From Octopus sinensis (taxonomy: Eukaryota): DNA of 64,000 nucleotides. Of the stretch, positions 36,397 to 49,304 are shown piece after piece. The notes beneath the pieces are model-generated. The model saw nothing but the letters and a program-made list of their open reading frames with translations, ran no database searches and was not told where the DNA came from. The position numbers and the translations under genes are program-made. The number at the start of each line of letters is the position of its first letter. The stretch's first letter is position 1. The stretch is from NCBI RefSeq assembly GCF_006345805.1, contig NC_043001.1, positions 102,238,001 through 102,302,000 of the forward strand, in the 5' to 3' direction.

Positions 36397-38877
36397 ATAG
36401 GAGAAGGAAAGATCCCGAGAAGTGAAGACAGAGGAAAAAAATCGCCATATATATATTATATATATATATATGCGTGTGTGTGTATGTGTGTATAAAAGTA
36501 ATAGGAAATGCTAAAATGAGTAGGGAAGAGAAAGATGGAGAATAAAGTAGGCAGAAGACCATATGTATAATGGCAAAGTTCATATTTATTATGGTAACAC
36601 CCTGTGTGGTGAGTTAGAACTATCAGATAGCCAATGGGGTAGGCTATGTATATATATGTATGTGTGCATGAGTTTGTGTTCCTCCTTGTTTTCACATGTG
36701 CCTGCTGGCTGTAAGCAATGGTCTCGCTGACAGTGTCACTTGCAGTCCATTGTGAATACATGATCAGGCTCTCAACATCTTTTAACATGTTGTATGGTTT
36801 TTGTAAAGAAAAAGGCTCATCCAACCAGTGTTGAGTTGTTTTCAGTTTTCTGTGTAACCATGCTCAGGTTGTTTGTAGTTGGATAGGCCAGGAGATTTTT
36901 ACCTCATTTGGAAACAGTGACAGGTTGGTATCAAGAAGGGCAATGGACTGGGCAAAGCTCTGCTCCAACTAAATCTCATCTGACCCATGCAAGCATGTAA
37001 AAGTAGATATGATGATGATGTAAGGAAATGTAATTTAGATTATGTGGTTAGATTATAAAGTACCTGTGCTGGTGCCACATAAAACATCACCCATGCTGGT
37101 ACCACATATAAAGCACCCTTGTGGGTGTCATATATAAAACACTGGTGCTTGTGTCACATGAAAAGCACCCAGTACATGCTGTAAAGTGGTTGGTGTTAAG
37201 AAGGGCATTCAGCCATAGAAACCATGCAAAAACAGAGGAAAGGAACTTGCCAGCTCCTGTATAGCTGTCCAACCCATGCCAGCATGGAAAATGGACATTA
37301 AATGATGGTCATGATGACATATATATCATGTATGTCTAAGAATCCATGAGTCAAGTAAAAACAGGCATTCATGTATTTATCAGTAATGTGGTTACACTAA
37401 TATTTATACTATATATTATAGATTCATTTCAGTTTGTCTAAAAATTGGTTTTGTACACAACAGTTCAGAAAACCAATCTTGACAGCCTTCACAGAAGAGC
37501 TGGTAAGAAAAGTAAAGTGACAAATTTTTGCCCATTATGGATCAATGACTTCCAGGGGTAAAGAGCTACCCCCAAACTCATATGTATGGAACCAATTGGA
37601 AAATCAACTAAAATGGATATATAATACAATATCATCATCATCAACGTCAGCTTTCCATGCTGGCATGGGTTGGACGGTTTGACAAAGGATGCCAGTACTG
37701 CCAGACTGGCCTCTTTGCCAGTGGCACATAAAAGCATCCACTACACTCTCAGATGAAATAAGTACCAGTTACATACTGGGGTCAATGTAATCGACTTAAT
37801 CCCTTTGTCTGTCCTTGTTCGTCCCCAATGTGTTTGGCCCCCTGTGGGCAATAAAGAAATACATATTTGTTTTGTATTCTCATGTGGATAGGTGAACTGA
37901 TGCAATGTAGAATAAAAGTGTTTTTTGAACAGAAAAACAATGAAACACTTGTAGTGGATTTGAACTCCTGACTCATAATCAGATAAATCCAGTCAATCAT
38001 CTCACCATTATTATATTCCTGTAGTCTTCCAGGAAAATCAATTAACAGTTAATCAATCCCTCACCCCCACCCAAGAATCTCTCTCCCCCACTACTATCAG
38101 CATGAACTGAAGGTGTAGGTGTGAAATGTAGTTTACAAAGCCTTGATGGTCTGTATTGGGAGAATGGGAGGGGAGTAATTCATAAAAGCTGTATCGTTTA
38201 TACCACCACAGGAAAAGCAAAGGCCTACATACTAAGAAAAAAACAAAAACAAAATCAAAAAGAATCATTTAGCATGACTTGCAGATAACCTGCATGTTTG
38301 GGGTTTGTTTTATGGAGAAATTGTGTGTGAAGACTTGTGGGGATTTATTAGCAGGGGGGAAATACAGTAGGTGGCTCCATCAAACTGTTGCAAGAGTAAA
38401 CACAGGCAGGTGGCAGAACAGAAGCAACAGTTAATGGAAATCAATGGATTATCTTTATAATTTTCCGTTTTATCAAAATTTTGTTGCTGTTTAAAAAGAA
38501 AACAAAAACAATTTCATACACTTTTTTTTCCTCTCTCTCTATTATAGCAGGAGTTAAATCATTCTAGAAAGTAACAAATTTAATATATGAATTTCATGGG
38601 CAGGTGTTTTACAGTCGAATGCACTTTCTAATATTGGTTGCTCAACCATGAAGAGTGTTGTGATGACTGACACAGTAAAACCCCTGAGCTTTAAAACATT
38701 TAGTTCAATATGTTAGCCCAGTGGGTTCAAATCCTTTCAACATTCACTTTATTTTGTCTTCCATTTATACAAAGTTGATAAAATAAGCAACAGTTGGCTC
38801 AATTCATTTCACAAGGACTCTATTTCTCTACAAAACATGGCTGCTGCTAACAACAACCAAAACCAGCTGTTTTAATC

Positions 38878-39452
38878 ATCGTCATCGTTTAACGTCCGTT
38901 TTCCATGCTGGCATGGGTTGGATAGCTCGACAGGGGTCTGGGAAGGCAGGAGGCTGCACCAGGCTCCAGTCTGATCTTACAGTGTTTCTACAACTGGATG
39001 CCCTTCCTAATGCCAACCACGTCAAGAGTGTAGTGGGTGCTTTTATGTGCCATTGCCACAGGAGCCAGAGGAGGCTGGCAACGACCACAATCGGTTGGTG
39101 CTTTTTACGTGCCACCAGCATGGAAGCCAGTCAAGGTGGCGCTGGCATCAGCCACATTCGAACAGTGCTTTCCCGGCACAGGGATCACAACTACAATTTT
39201 CCATTTGATTTTGATGCTGGTGGCATGTAAAAAGCACCATCCGATCGTGGTCGTTTGCTAGCCTCGTCTGGCACGTAAAAAGCACCCACTACACTCATGG
39301 AGTGTTTGGCATTAGGAAGGGCATCCAGCCGTAGAAACATTGCCAGATCAGACTGGGCCTGGTGCAGCCTTCTGGCTTCCCAGACCCCAGTTGCACCGTC
39401 CAACCCATGCCAGCATGGAAAGCAGACGCTAAACGATGATGATGATGATGTA
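38878..39452. mobile_element. Head-to-head inverted pair of SINE C copies
   Basis: The left copy begins (CAT)n-CGTTTAACGTCC (minus). The right copy ends GACGCTAAAC(GAT)n (plus). About 180 bp of each arm are complementary. Confidence 0.85.
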
Positions 39453-41264
39453 CTTGACTCAATAGGTCTCCTCAAGCATGGCATGTCACCCTATGATCCA
39501 AGGTACTTTTGAGTGGGTTGGTTATGCAGCATTGGAGTAGGTTACTGCTGTGAACTCACTTTATTTGCCAGGTCTTCTCAGTCACAGCATATCTCCAGAG
39601 GCCTTGGTCTCTTATGATATTCAAATATGTGTGTGTATGTGTGTTGGTGTGGATTAACATTTTTATGTCTGAATTTTGACTTTATTAATGCTTGTCTCAC
39701 ATTAACAAAATTAATCTCATAAAGTTAAATAATTCTACAATAACCAAACTAAACACTACAAAACACTCATGAGTTTTCATAAGTAACAACTTTTCAAAAA
39801 AAAAAAAGCAATAATTTATATGATGGTTAGTTTAATTAAGGCACTAGAATAAAAATGCTTAGAGGCACAACAAAATTTGAATTATGGAAACTGATCAAAA
39901 ATATGAAAAAGAAGGAGGAATATATTATGAAGCTTCCTCAGATATCTTATCTAGAAAGATATATTAAATTTCCAAATGAAATTTTGAGATTTTAATTTTG
40001 AATTAAAAGTATATAAATTTAGAACTGTTTAAAAATGTTGCTGAAATTTTCTTATAAGTCTGAAAGAGAAACTTAAATGGTAAACGTAAGAACTTGATAT
40101 GAAAATTATCAAGCGAATCAGTTTACAAGTTTGCAATTCCATGATAGGACAATAATTGTAAATTCGAACAGGATTAGTTGTGTGATATCTGCATTGCTTT
40201 TGTGAGATTCTTTTATCAGAGGTGTTAACTAAAGATGTCAACGAATGCAGCATGCACAGAAAAACACACGATTTAAGTTATAAAATAAATTATGATTTAC
40301 TCAATCTTTTCCCTTCTTTGCTGTCTTTTTCACCACATTTTAAATAACTATAAAAGAAGCGCGTGTGTGTGTGTTTCTGTATATTGCACGCCCACGAATC
40401 AAAGTAAAATTAGAGACACAGACCAATAGAAATGTAATGTGTTGGTAGGATTAACAAAGATATTTATATAATACAATAGTGATTTCTTACATAACTCTCT
40501 TTCTAAAAGAATGTAAAATTTGAGTCAACAACATGATTTGTCACATAAAAAGCAGAGGGATCAGACCCAGTTGTGTGGTGGTGAAGCAAGCGTCATAACC
40601 ACAGAACCATGCTTATGTCTGTGATTTAATGGTTAGCATTCTTTTAGGGACATTTTGTAAGGCTGGTGGTCATTGAAAATTTAACACATGCACTGAATGT
40701 GGAGGGATTAAAAATAAAGGGAAAATAGCAACACTTGAAGAATTATGAAACACGTGATAAAAAATGAAACAAGGTGTTTGTGTGGCTTTGTGGTAAAAAG
40801 CTTGCTTCCCAGCTACATGATTCTGGGTTCAGTCACACTGTGTGGCACCTTGGGCATTTGTCTTCAACAATAACTTCAGGCCAACCAAAGCTTTGTGAGT
40901 ATATTTGGTAGATGGAAACTGAAAGAAGCCTGTCGTATGTGTCTGTGTTTGTCCTCCACTACTGCTTGACGACCGGTATTAGTGTGTTTATGCCCCCATA
41001 ACTTAGCAGTTTGGCAAAGGAGACTAAAAGAATCAGGCTTAAAAAAAGTGCTGGGAATATATACCTGAGATGTATATTGCAAGGAGTCAGAAGCCTTCCA
41101 CACTCACGGCTACTCTGTAGTTTTCTAAGAAACCCTAAGAGTAAGAACAGAGTGTAAAACTGAGTCAAAAGTGTGCTCCAGGTTAATAGAAGAAGTTAGG
41201 TGGAGTGGCTCAGCCCTAGCTAAGTACTTTTTCAGGGCCTCACTAAGAAGAGGGTATCAGCGGT

Positions 41265-41590
41265 ATCATCATCATCGTTTAACGTCCGCTTTCCATGCTA
41301 GCATGGGCTGGACGATTTTGACTGAGGGCTGGCAAACCAGATGGCTGCACCAGGCTCCAATCTTGATCTGGCAGAGGTTCTACAGCTGGATGCCCTTCCT
41401 AAAGCCAACCACTCTGAGAGTGTAGTGGGTGCTTTTTACGTGCCACCGGCACGGGGGCCAGTCAGGCGGTACTGGCAATGACCTCGCCCAAATCTTTTTA
41501 CACATGCCACCGGCACAGGTGCCAGTAAGGCGGCGCTGATAACGATCATACTCGAATGGTGCTCTTTTATGTGCCACTGGCACGTCTGGA
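41265..41590 (-). mobile_element. SINE family C, young copy
   Basis: CATCATCGTTTAACGTCCGCTTTCCATGCTAGCATGG...; CpGs retained. Confidence 0.85.
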
Positions 41591-42229
41591 ATAAACTCAA
41601 ACTTCATCTCATTTCGGTTAATTCTCCCTCTAATCAGTTGTGCTATTACTCCTTCAGAAACCATAACCATTGATATAAATCTGTGTAGAAGAGTGTGTGT
41701 GTGTGTGTGTGTCAGTGACTATTGACTGAGAGAGTGTCATGGTTGAAGGAAGGGTTTCTTAGTGTGGCTGTCAGCATTAAGTTTAAGTAAACAGCTCGTT
41801 ATTATAAGAAAGAAAAAAATGTTGACCAAGATGTATTGAAAGTAAGCAAAATAACAAACAAGATGCACCTTCAGAAAGAGCCAGCATTCTATTGTGAATG
41901 GATTAGAAGCATTACTAAATGAATTACAATCTCCTATTGTTCACAGCATGTTTCTATAGTTTTTCGCAGTATCGTACGGTAAAGCTGCACAATGGAACTG
42001 AGTGCAACAAAAAGCAGGAAGGATTGATCAAGATGCAAAATGCTTGTTATTTGATAGGGTAAAAACATTGAAGGGTTATCGAATCTGTTCATTTCACAGG
42101 CTCTAATGAAAACAGGAATCACACAGCAAGAAAACAAGAAAACAAAGTGCTAAACAATATTGAAAATAAAACAATTTACATACACACACACACACACACT
42201 GGCATATTTACATACGTTCATATCAAATT

Positions 42230-42266
<37 letters not shown>

Positions 42267-43686
42267 AAAAGAGAGCATTAAATATAACACCTTGTGGGGA
42301 TTTATTGTCACTATATTGTGAGTTCAAATCCTACCCTGATTCATTGTACACTTTGTCTTTTCAACAGAATATGAACTGGAACAGTGCCCCAGCATGACCA
42401 CAATCCAATTACTGAGACTACCAAAAAAAAAAAAAAGAGAGAAACCCCTCTTGTTCTCACACATAACCATACATATGCACACAAATATTTAAATATACTT
42501 GTATGTATGTATATAAATATCTACAGCTCAGGTGAATTGCACTTTTCCTCATACAGTTTCTTATATCACCATAGTGCACAGAGGCATATACTGCCGTCCT
42601 TAAAGTTAAAATGTGTAATTAATTTCATAGATATCTGTCAGCATTTTCTGAATATTACAGAATGTCTTATAAGGCTTCTCTGAAATACTATGACAAGTAC
42701 AGATTGATACAGTGAAAGTTTAAAGATTTCAATCACAACTTTCAGTGTCATTACCATGCTTTCTTTCATTGATTTAGGTTTCAAACAAATACAATTTTCA
42801 TACAACAAAGTGGGGCTTCATTCACTTAATACTCACAACAAATGAATAAATACCTAACGACATATGTATGAGTTGGCATATGTTAAATCTATCTAAATGC
42901 AGACCTCCACCACATACAGAATCTTAGCTTGGTAATGATCCCCAATTACAACATTATTATATACGGCTCTACATCTTAGAGTGTACTTCTTTTGGATTTA
43001 TGCATTCTACAAATTATATCTATCTATCTATCTACAACAACAACCACCAGCACCAGCACCACCACCAGCACCACCACCATCATCATCATCTCTAAGCATC
43101 TCAACTATCTCTCCATACATACCTTTAATAGTGCCATCAGTGATTGTGCCAGCTCTGAGGTTGTAGAACTGGGAAGAAGGTTGGGGGAACTTTTCAGCTT
43201 CTGGAAAGGTAAAGATCTTTGGGGCTGCATGCTTGGAGGCTGTGAGTCCTTCTGCTTAGGTAGAGAACTATTACAATCACATTTTCAATTTCCTATGTCT
43301 AGGGGCTGTACATATTTGTTTTTATGTTCACTTACAATAAAACAATTTTATATAAATCTGGAGTTGTTCTACACTTTTGTAGCATATAAATTTATTAGTC
43401 TTAAAGAAGGATAGTATTGATAGTGACACTGAAAGGATTAAATCCAATAAAACTGAAAATATCTAAAACAACTGACACATCTTGTACCTACCGAATACAA
43501 AAGGACACACCTCAATAAGCACACTTGTTTACAAAGTTCTATATACAGGGGGAAATTCTAATTTAATAAAACTTTCTCCAAAGCATTTCTCCATAACAAC
43601 CAACCCTAAAACCTAATTACCACTCTACTCAAACCCACACACCTGAGCAACAGGGACTGTAGAAAGCCAAGATTAACTTCAATACA

Positions 43687-43736
43687 TTGCAGTCCGATGA
43701 TGGCTTAGCCGGCCGAAACTTTGAAGTCACTGTCAA
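43687..43736 (+). ncRNA. Minimal type-I hammerhead fold (CCGATGA core, GTC cleavage triplet)
   Basis: TTGCAGT-CCGATGA-T-GGC(TTAGCCG)GCC-GAAAC-TTTGAA-GTC-ACTG(T)CAA. Predicted cut is after 43728. Confidence 0.65.
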
Positions 43737-43749
43737 GAATATTTTAGTT

Positions 43750-43816
43750 TAAGAATAATGTATGTATGTATGTATGAATGTAAGTACATATGTATGTATG
43801 TTTATGTATGTATGTA

Positions 43817-43849
<33 letters not shown>

Positions 43850-43885
43850 ATGTATGTATGTATGTATGTATGTATGTATGTATGT
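43750..43885. repeat. (TATG)n/(TG)n compound microsatellite
   Basis: Directly visible. Confidence 0.95.
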
Positions 43886-45029
43886 GTGCATTTATAGCTA
43901 TTTATAGGCATTTATGCATAGACACAGAAGAGCATTGATGTTTGTTCATTGATTATTTTCAAAGAAAACTATTTAATAATGAAGATGAAACTAAGATGGT
44001 TAATCTATACATGTGTATTTTTGCAAGTAGGCTGTCCATGTGGTGATACAGTCGGTTACATACATTCACAATGTGTGATACAGATGTGATACAATCAGTT
44101 ACATATATTTACATATTCTTGGGATTTGGTCATCTGAAATAGTTAACATCATTTATCTGTAATATCTTCATCATTTTCTGGCATGAACTAGAATGTAGGT
44201 AATGAAGTGGAGGCAACAGATGGTATTTCCGGGAATTTGGCACAAATGAAGGAAAAGGACTCAGTGATGCAACAGTGCCAATATTAAATATTGGCAGTGA
44301 CAACCAATGTTGCAAATTAAGAAATGATGCTAACAGTATTTCTTATTCCACTAACAACATTAGAAGACTTATAAAGAAGCCAGCTACTGGCCCCTTTCTT
44401 CTTAATTATTGCAAATAAATTTTCATTCCATTTTAGAGTTGGGAGTAGGCAATATCCAGCAAAGAGCTACCACTAAGATTAGACTTTCCAAATCATAAGT
44501 CTTTTATATAAAGGCATGGCTATGCATAAAGAAACTTGCTTCTCAATCATGTAGTCTTGAGTTCAGTCCCACTGTGTGATACCTTGGGCAGGTATCTTCA
44601 ATTATAGCTCAGAGTCAATTAAAGCCTTGTAAGTGGATTTGGGAGATGGAAACTTAAAGAAGCCTACCACACACACATCTTTGTTTTTGTCTTTGGTTTG
44701 CAAGATCCTTTATGTGAATTAAAGTGTTGAAAGGGATTTCACTGTTTTTTGGGAGGGTCATTACACCAATGAAAATGACTGCATGTTTATTATTATTTGC
44801 ATAATGACTCCCCCAAGACACACCAAATTATGAATGTATATACGTGCATGTATGTATATGTGTGTATGAATGTCATTTGTTTGCAGTCCACTAAGAAAGT
44901 ATGTTCAGGATGTTTGTTGTTTAACAGTGTGGGAAATGATCTCACTTGGAAACAGGTTGGGGCTGGCACCAGAAAGGGCATCTAGCCATAGAAAACTCTG
45001 CCCCAGCATTCTTTCCTTGATTGGACAGT

Positions 45030-45062
<33 letters not shown>

Positions 45063-46287
45063 TTAATGCTTACTTTTCTATGCTCTCATGGCCAGAATAT
45101 TTCACTTGCTTTCTCCTAAATGAGCTTCATGAGTGAAGTCCTGCTTTTCATTACAGAGCAGCAAAACAAACTGTATTGTTATTGAAATCTTTGATGGGTT
45201 CACAGAAGGTCTTCTAGGGTTTTTTTTTCTATTGATGATGTCCTTTTTTGTTTTTAATTTCTTCCTTCAGAAAGAAGAGTTATATATTCCAATAGTTACG
45301 TTTAATTCTTTATTTGCATGAGACTCACTTGAGATAAAATATTATTCTTTTCATAAGTATTGTTGATATTTAACCACATAGAAGCTCAGATCAAGCAAGC
45401 TGATAATTGAAAACGTTCTATGACGATATTTTCCCCTGGGCACTAGATATAAGCATAGGTGTGTAGTTGGGAAGTTTGCTTCACAATCACATGGTTCTGA
45501 GATTAATACCACTTTGTGCCATTTAGTGTGAGCGCCTTGCAATATAACCTCTAGCTGACCACTGCCTTGTGAGTTGAATTTGTTAAGAGAATTGTCTATG
45601 GTGGTGCGTGTAATAATTGGCAAGGTGGCAGCCAACAAATCAGTATCATCAACATTTGACTTCTGTTTTCCATGCTGGCATGGGTCGAACAGTTTGACAG
45701 GAGTGGGCAAGCCAGAGGGCTACACCAGACTCCAGTTGTTCATTTTGGCATGGATTCTATGGCTGGATGCCTTTCCTCATGCCACCCACTTTACAGAGTG
45801 TACAGGGTGCCTTTTATGTGGCACCAGCACTGGTGATTTTCACAAATTTAGTTTGTGATATTTAGTCTGCCAAATTACTTCCTTCACGTAGACTTAGCTA
45901 TTGGATAAGTAGAGATTGATAAAATAAGTACCAGACAACAAAGTGGGGTCAATAATGTAGACTAAAACCATTTCTGAAGGCTTCTTGAGAAGATTACAGT
46001 GAACAGCAACCACTATACAGTTGCTCAGGTAGCAAGACACAACATCTAGGTAAAAATGGGAAGGCTGGCTGTATTATATCTTTCTTTAATGGATCATGGT
46101 CAGAATTTCCATTCAATAATTTTCATTTGTTTAACAACCTGAACTACCTTCTTTACTGAATATACAGGTACATGTACCCTTAATGTAAATTCTTAGGTAG
46201 AGGTAGAGTGAGCATGACACAGAGTGATTACAAGTAGAGGGTAACCATTGGGTTCCTGCACACCAATATTTAAGAGATGAGGAATTA

Positions 46288-46860
46288 TGTACATTATTTA
46301 CATTTGACGGATATTTGCCCTCATTTTGTTTGTTGTTAACACAACGTTTCAGCTGATATACCCTCCAGCCTTCTTCAGGTGTCTTGAGGAAATTTCGAAC
46401 CTGGGTTCTCATTCCTCAGGTATTATTCTATGTTGTTGTTATTATTATTATTATTATTATTATTCAGGTCACTGCCTGGAATTGAACTCGGACATATGGT
46501 GTGATTATGGTGGTTAAGAGCACAGGCTACTAACCCCAAGATTCCGAGTTTGATTCCAGGCAGTAACCTGAATAATAATAATAATCATCATCGTTTAGCA
46601 TCCGTTTTCCACGCTAGCACGGGTTGGATGGTTCGACCGGGGTCTGATCTGGCAGTGTTTCTACAGCTGGATGCCCTTAATAATAATAACAATAATAATA
46701 ATAATTATTATTATTATAACATAGAAAAATACCTTAGGAATGAGAACCCAGGTTCAAAATTTCCTCAAGACACCTGATGAATGCTGGAGGATATATCAGC
46801 CGTAATGTTGTGTTAACAACAATATGAGGACAAATATCTGTCAAATGTAAACGATGTACA
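46288..46860. mobile_element. Head-to-head foldback of a composite unit: tRNA-like head + (TAA)n + PLE-type terminal repeat with hammerhead; SINE C fragment nested at about 46586-46680
   Basis: Arms 46288-46492 and 46543-46860 are reverse complements. The central A/B-box segment reads TGGTGGTTAAGAGC...GAGTTTGATTCC. An intact hammerhead lies on the minus strand at 46339-46382 and a decayed one on the plus strand at 46770-46813. Confidence 0.8.
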
Positions 46861-49089
46861 ATCAATTTTAATCCCAATGCATGGGTTTGTCCAAGGAGTG
46901 ACACAGTGGATTGAACCAGGGACCTTGTAATTGCTTGTGATCAATTCAGTAATACTTTCTGTGTCATGCACTGTTATAATGTAGTGCTAAATGCTTAGAG
47001 TCTGAGAAAAGGTTGGATGGTCACAGCTGGAATAGCTTTGACCATGAGCAAACTTGACTGGGGTTAAACAAAAATAGAGAACAAGGCTTTGTACACACAT
47101 ATTCTTGTATACACACCATTGAAATGCATACACAATATACAGCATCCTCCTACTAAAAAGTACAAAAAAATGGGAGGGAAGGTGGGAGGGAGAAATGCTG
47201 TGTGAAGCAAGCATGCAAATCAGTAGATATTAAAATATGTAAAAACGTGTAAAAACAGGAAGTACACAACAAATGATATGAACTGCAAAACAAAAAGAAA
47301 AGAAAAGAAAAAAAAAAGGCTTGTGACTAAACGACAAAAGCTAAAATATAAGATCTTTGCTTTCTATTTTGAAGGAAACTGGCAACAATATATACAGTTT
47401 ATCTCTTCCATATTTCCTATTTTTTTCTCTCTGAGTTTTGTTTATTGTTGTTGTTGTTGTAGGAAAGTTATTGTCACTTTGTCATGCCTTTCACTCTTTT
47501 TGTTTTTTAATCAAATTTCATTTTGCGACTGCATCTGCATGTGTTACATCGAGGTCTTCTATGTAAATTTATTATAAATAACACCCCTCACACACACACA
47601 CACACACGCACACACAAGAGTTCATGCTTATATGATCATATAGCTATCTATTTACACACACACACACACATATTTAGAAAAACAGGCAGATAGAAGGAGA
47701 AAATAGAGATTAACAATATTTTGAATATTAAGCATATATTCATGTGTGTATTGTGAGATGTAAATCACCATAGCAACACCACATGATGTTTGACTTCAAC
47801 TACACAAACAGCTTTCTATATGTGACACTGCTGAAGTCATCAGCTCCACCACCACCACCACCACCACCACCACAACTAATTTAACATCTCTACAACAAGG
47901 CATTCCCTATGCATCTCTATCAAGCGTTATCTCATCTCGGAAAGCCAGAACTTCAAGGTTCTGCTTTAATTACCTGACACTGAATGGATTAAAAGCCTAA
48001 CTCCATCCCATGATCCTGTATTGTACCCTCTCATGATAATTTTTCTTCTAGAATTCATTTATTCATATTACATGGCCTTATCAACACAGTCCCTTCACTT
48101 GCATATATCAGCTGGTGTTTTTAATAACCCAAACGTTATGTCAATTCACTTGGGCTCAACCTATCACTGCCAAGTTCACGCTGCACATCTAATGGACCAG
48201 ACAGAACTTATTCTTTCCCAATCATTAAATGACCCCAAATGTCACCACCAAACAGTAGTATCGAAAAACATATCACACAAACACAATAAACACCCATTAA
48301 TGTCTGCTACAGACACAAAAGCAACAAACCCCAATGGTTTCTCTCTTCTATAATATGCCTGGTGCCACTTGCTCCATGTTGCTCCCATTACACCACCACC
48401 ACCCCAAGAAAAAAAAACAAAAAAAGAGAAAACCAACAGGACAAAGGTCTTTTCACCTGTTTAATTAATCTGTTTAATTAATCCAAGTCTGTCCTTACAC
48501 TGATCACCCAATCTGCTTTATATCTTTTAACTTTTCCTTCAGTCATGAGACTACGGCCATGCTGGGGCATCATTTTGAAGAATTTTTAGTCAAATGAATC
48601 AAATCCAGTGCTTATTTCTCTTTTAGAAGTATGGTACTTATTCTATTGCTCTCTGTTGCTGAACTGTTAAATTACAGAAATGTAAACATACCAACACCAG
48701 CTATCAAGAGGTGGTGGTGGTGGTGGTGGTGGAAGGCAAATACAGTCAACAAGACACACACACACATACATATATATATGACAGGCTTCTTTTAGTTTTC
48801 ATCAACCAAATCCACTCACAAGGTTTTCATCAGCCTATGGGTATAGTAGAAAACACTTGTCCAATGCGCCACACAGTAGGACTGAACTCAGAACCATGTG
48901 GTTGGGAAGCAAATTTCCTATCACACAGTTACACCAGTAACAGTATAAATTACTATTCTTTTTAAGTTGAATCTTCATCAACTATTTTGATTAAGATAAG
49001 AAATTAAATTCTAGGGGAGGGTTAAAGCCTATTAAATCTTGTCAACTTGGAAGGACAAAAAAAAAAAAAAAAGAAAGTCAACCATTATT

Positions 49090-49304
49090 CTTTTCTACTC
49101 TAGGCACAAGACCCGAAATTTTTGGGGACGCAGGGCCAGTCGATTAGATCAACCCCATTATGCAACTGGTACTTAATTTATCAACCCTGAAAGGATGAAA
49201 GGCAAAGTTAACCTTGGCAGAATTTGAACTCAGAACATAAAAACAGATGAAATACCACTAAGCATTTTGCCCAGCATGTGAACGTTTCTGCCAGGTCGCT
49301 GCCT
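49090..49304 (-). mobile_element. SINE family D
   Basis: 12-bp TSD TCAACCATTATT at 49078-49089 and 49305-49316. Confidence 0.9.

Noticed and set aside
40100-40450. CpG-containing stretch with a CCAAT motif as a promoter
   Set aside because: No first exon or orientation evidence was identifiable, and the motif is too common.
46497-46565. Possible tRNA gene
   Set aside because: A and B boxes are present but there is no acceptor stem. The other tRNA-like heads are likewise SINE heads.
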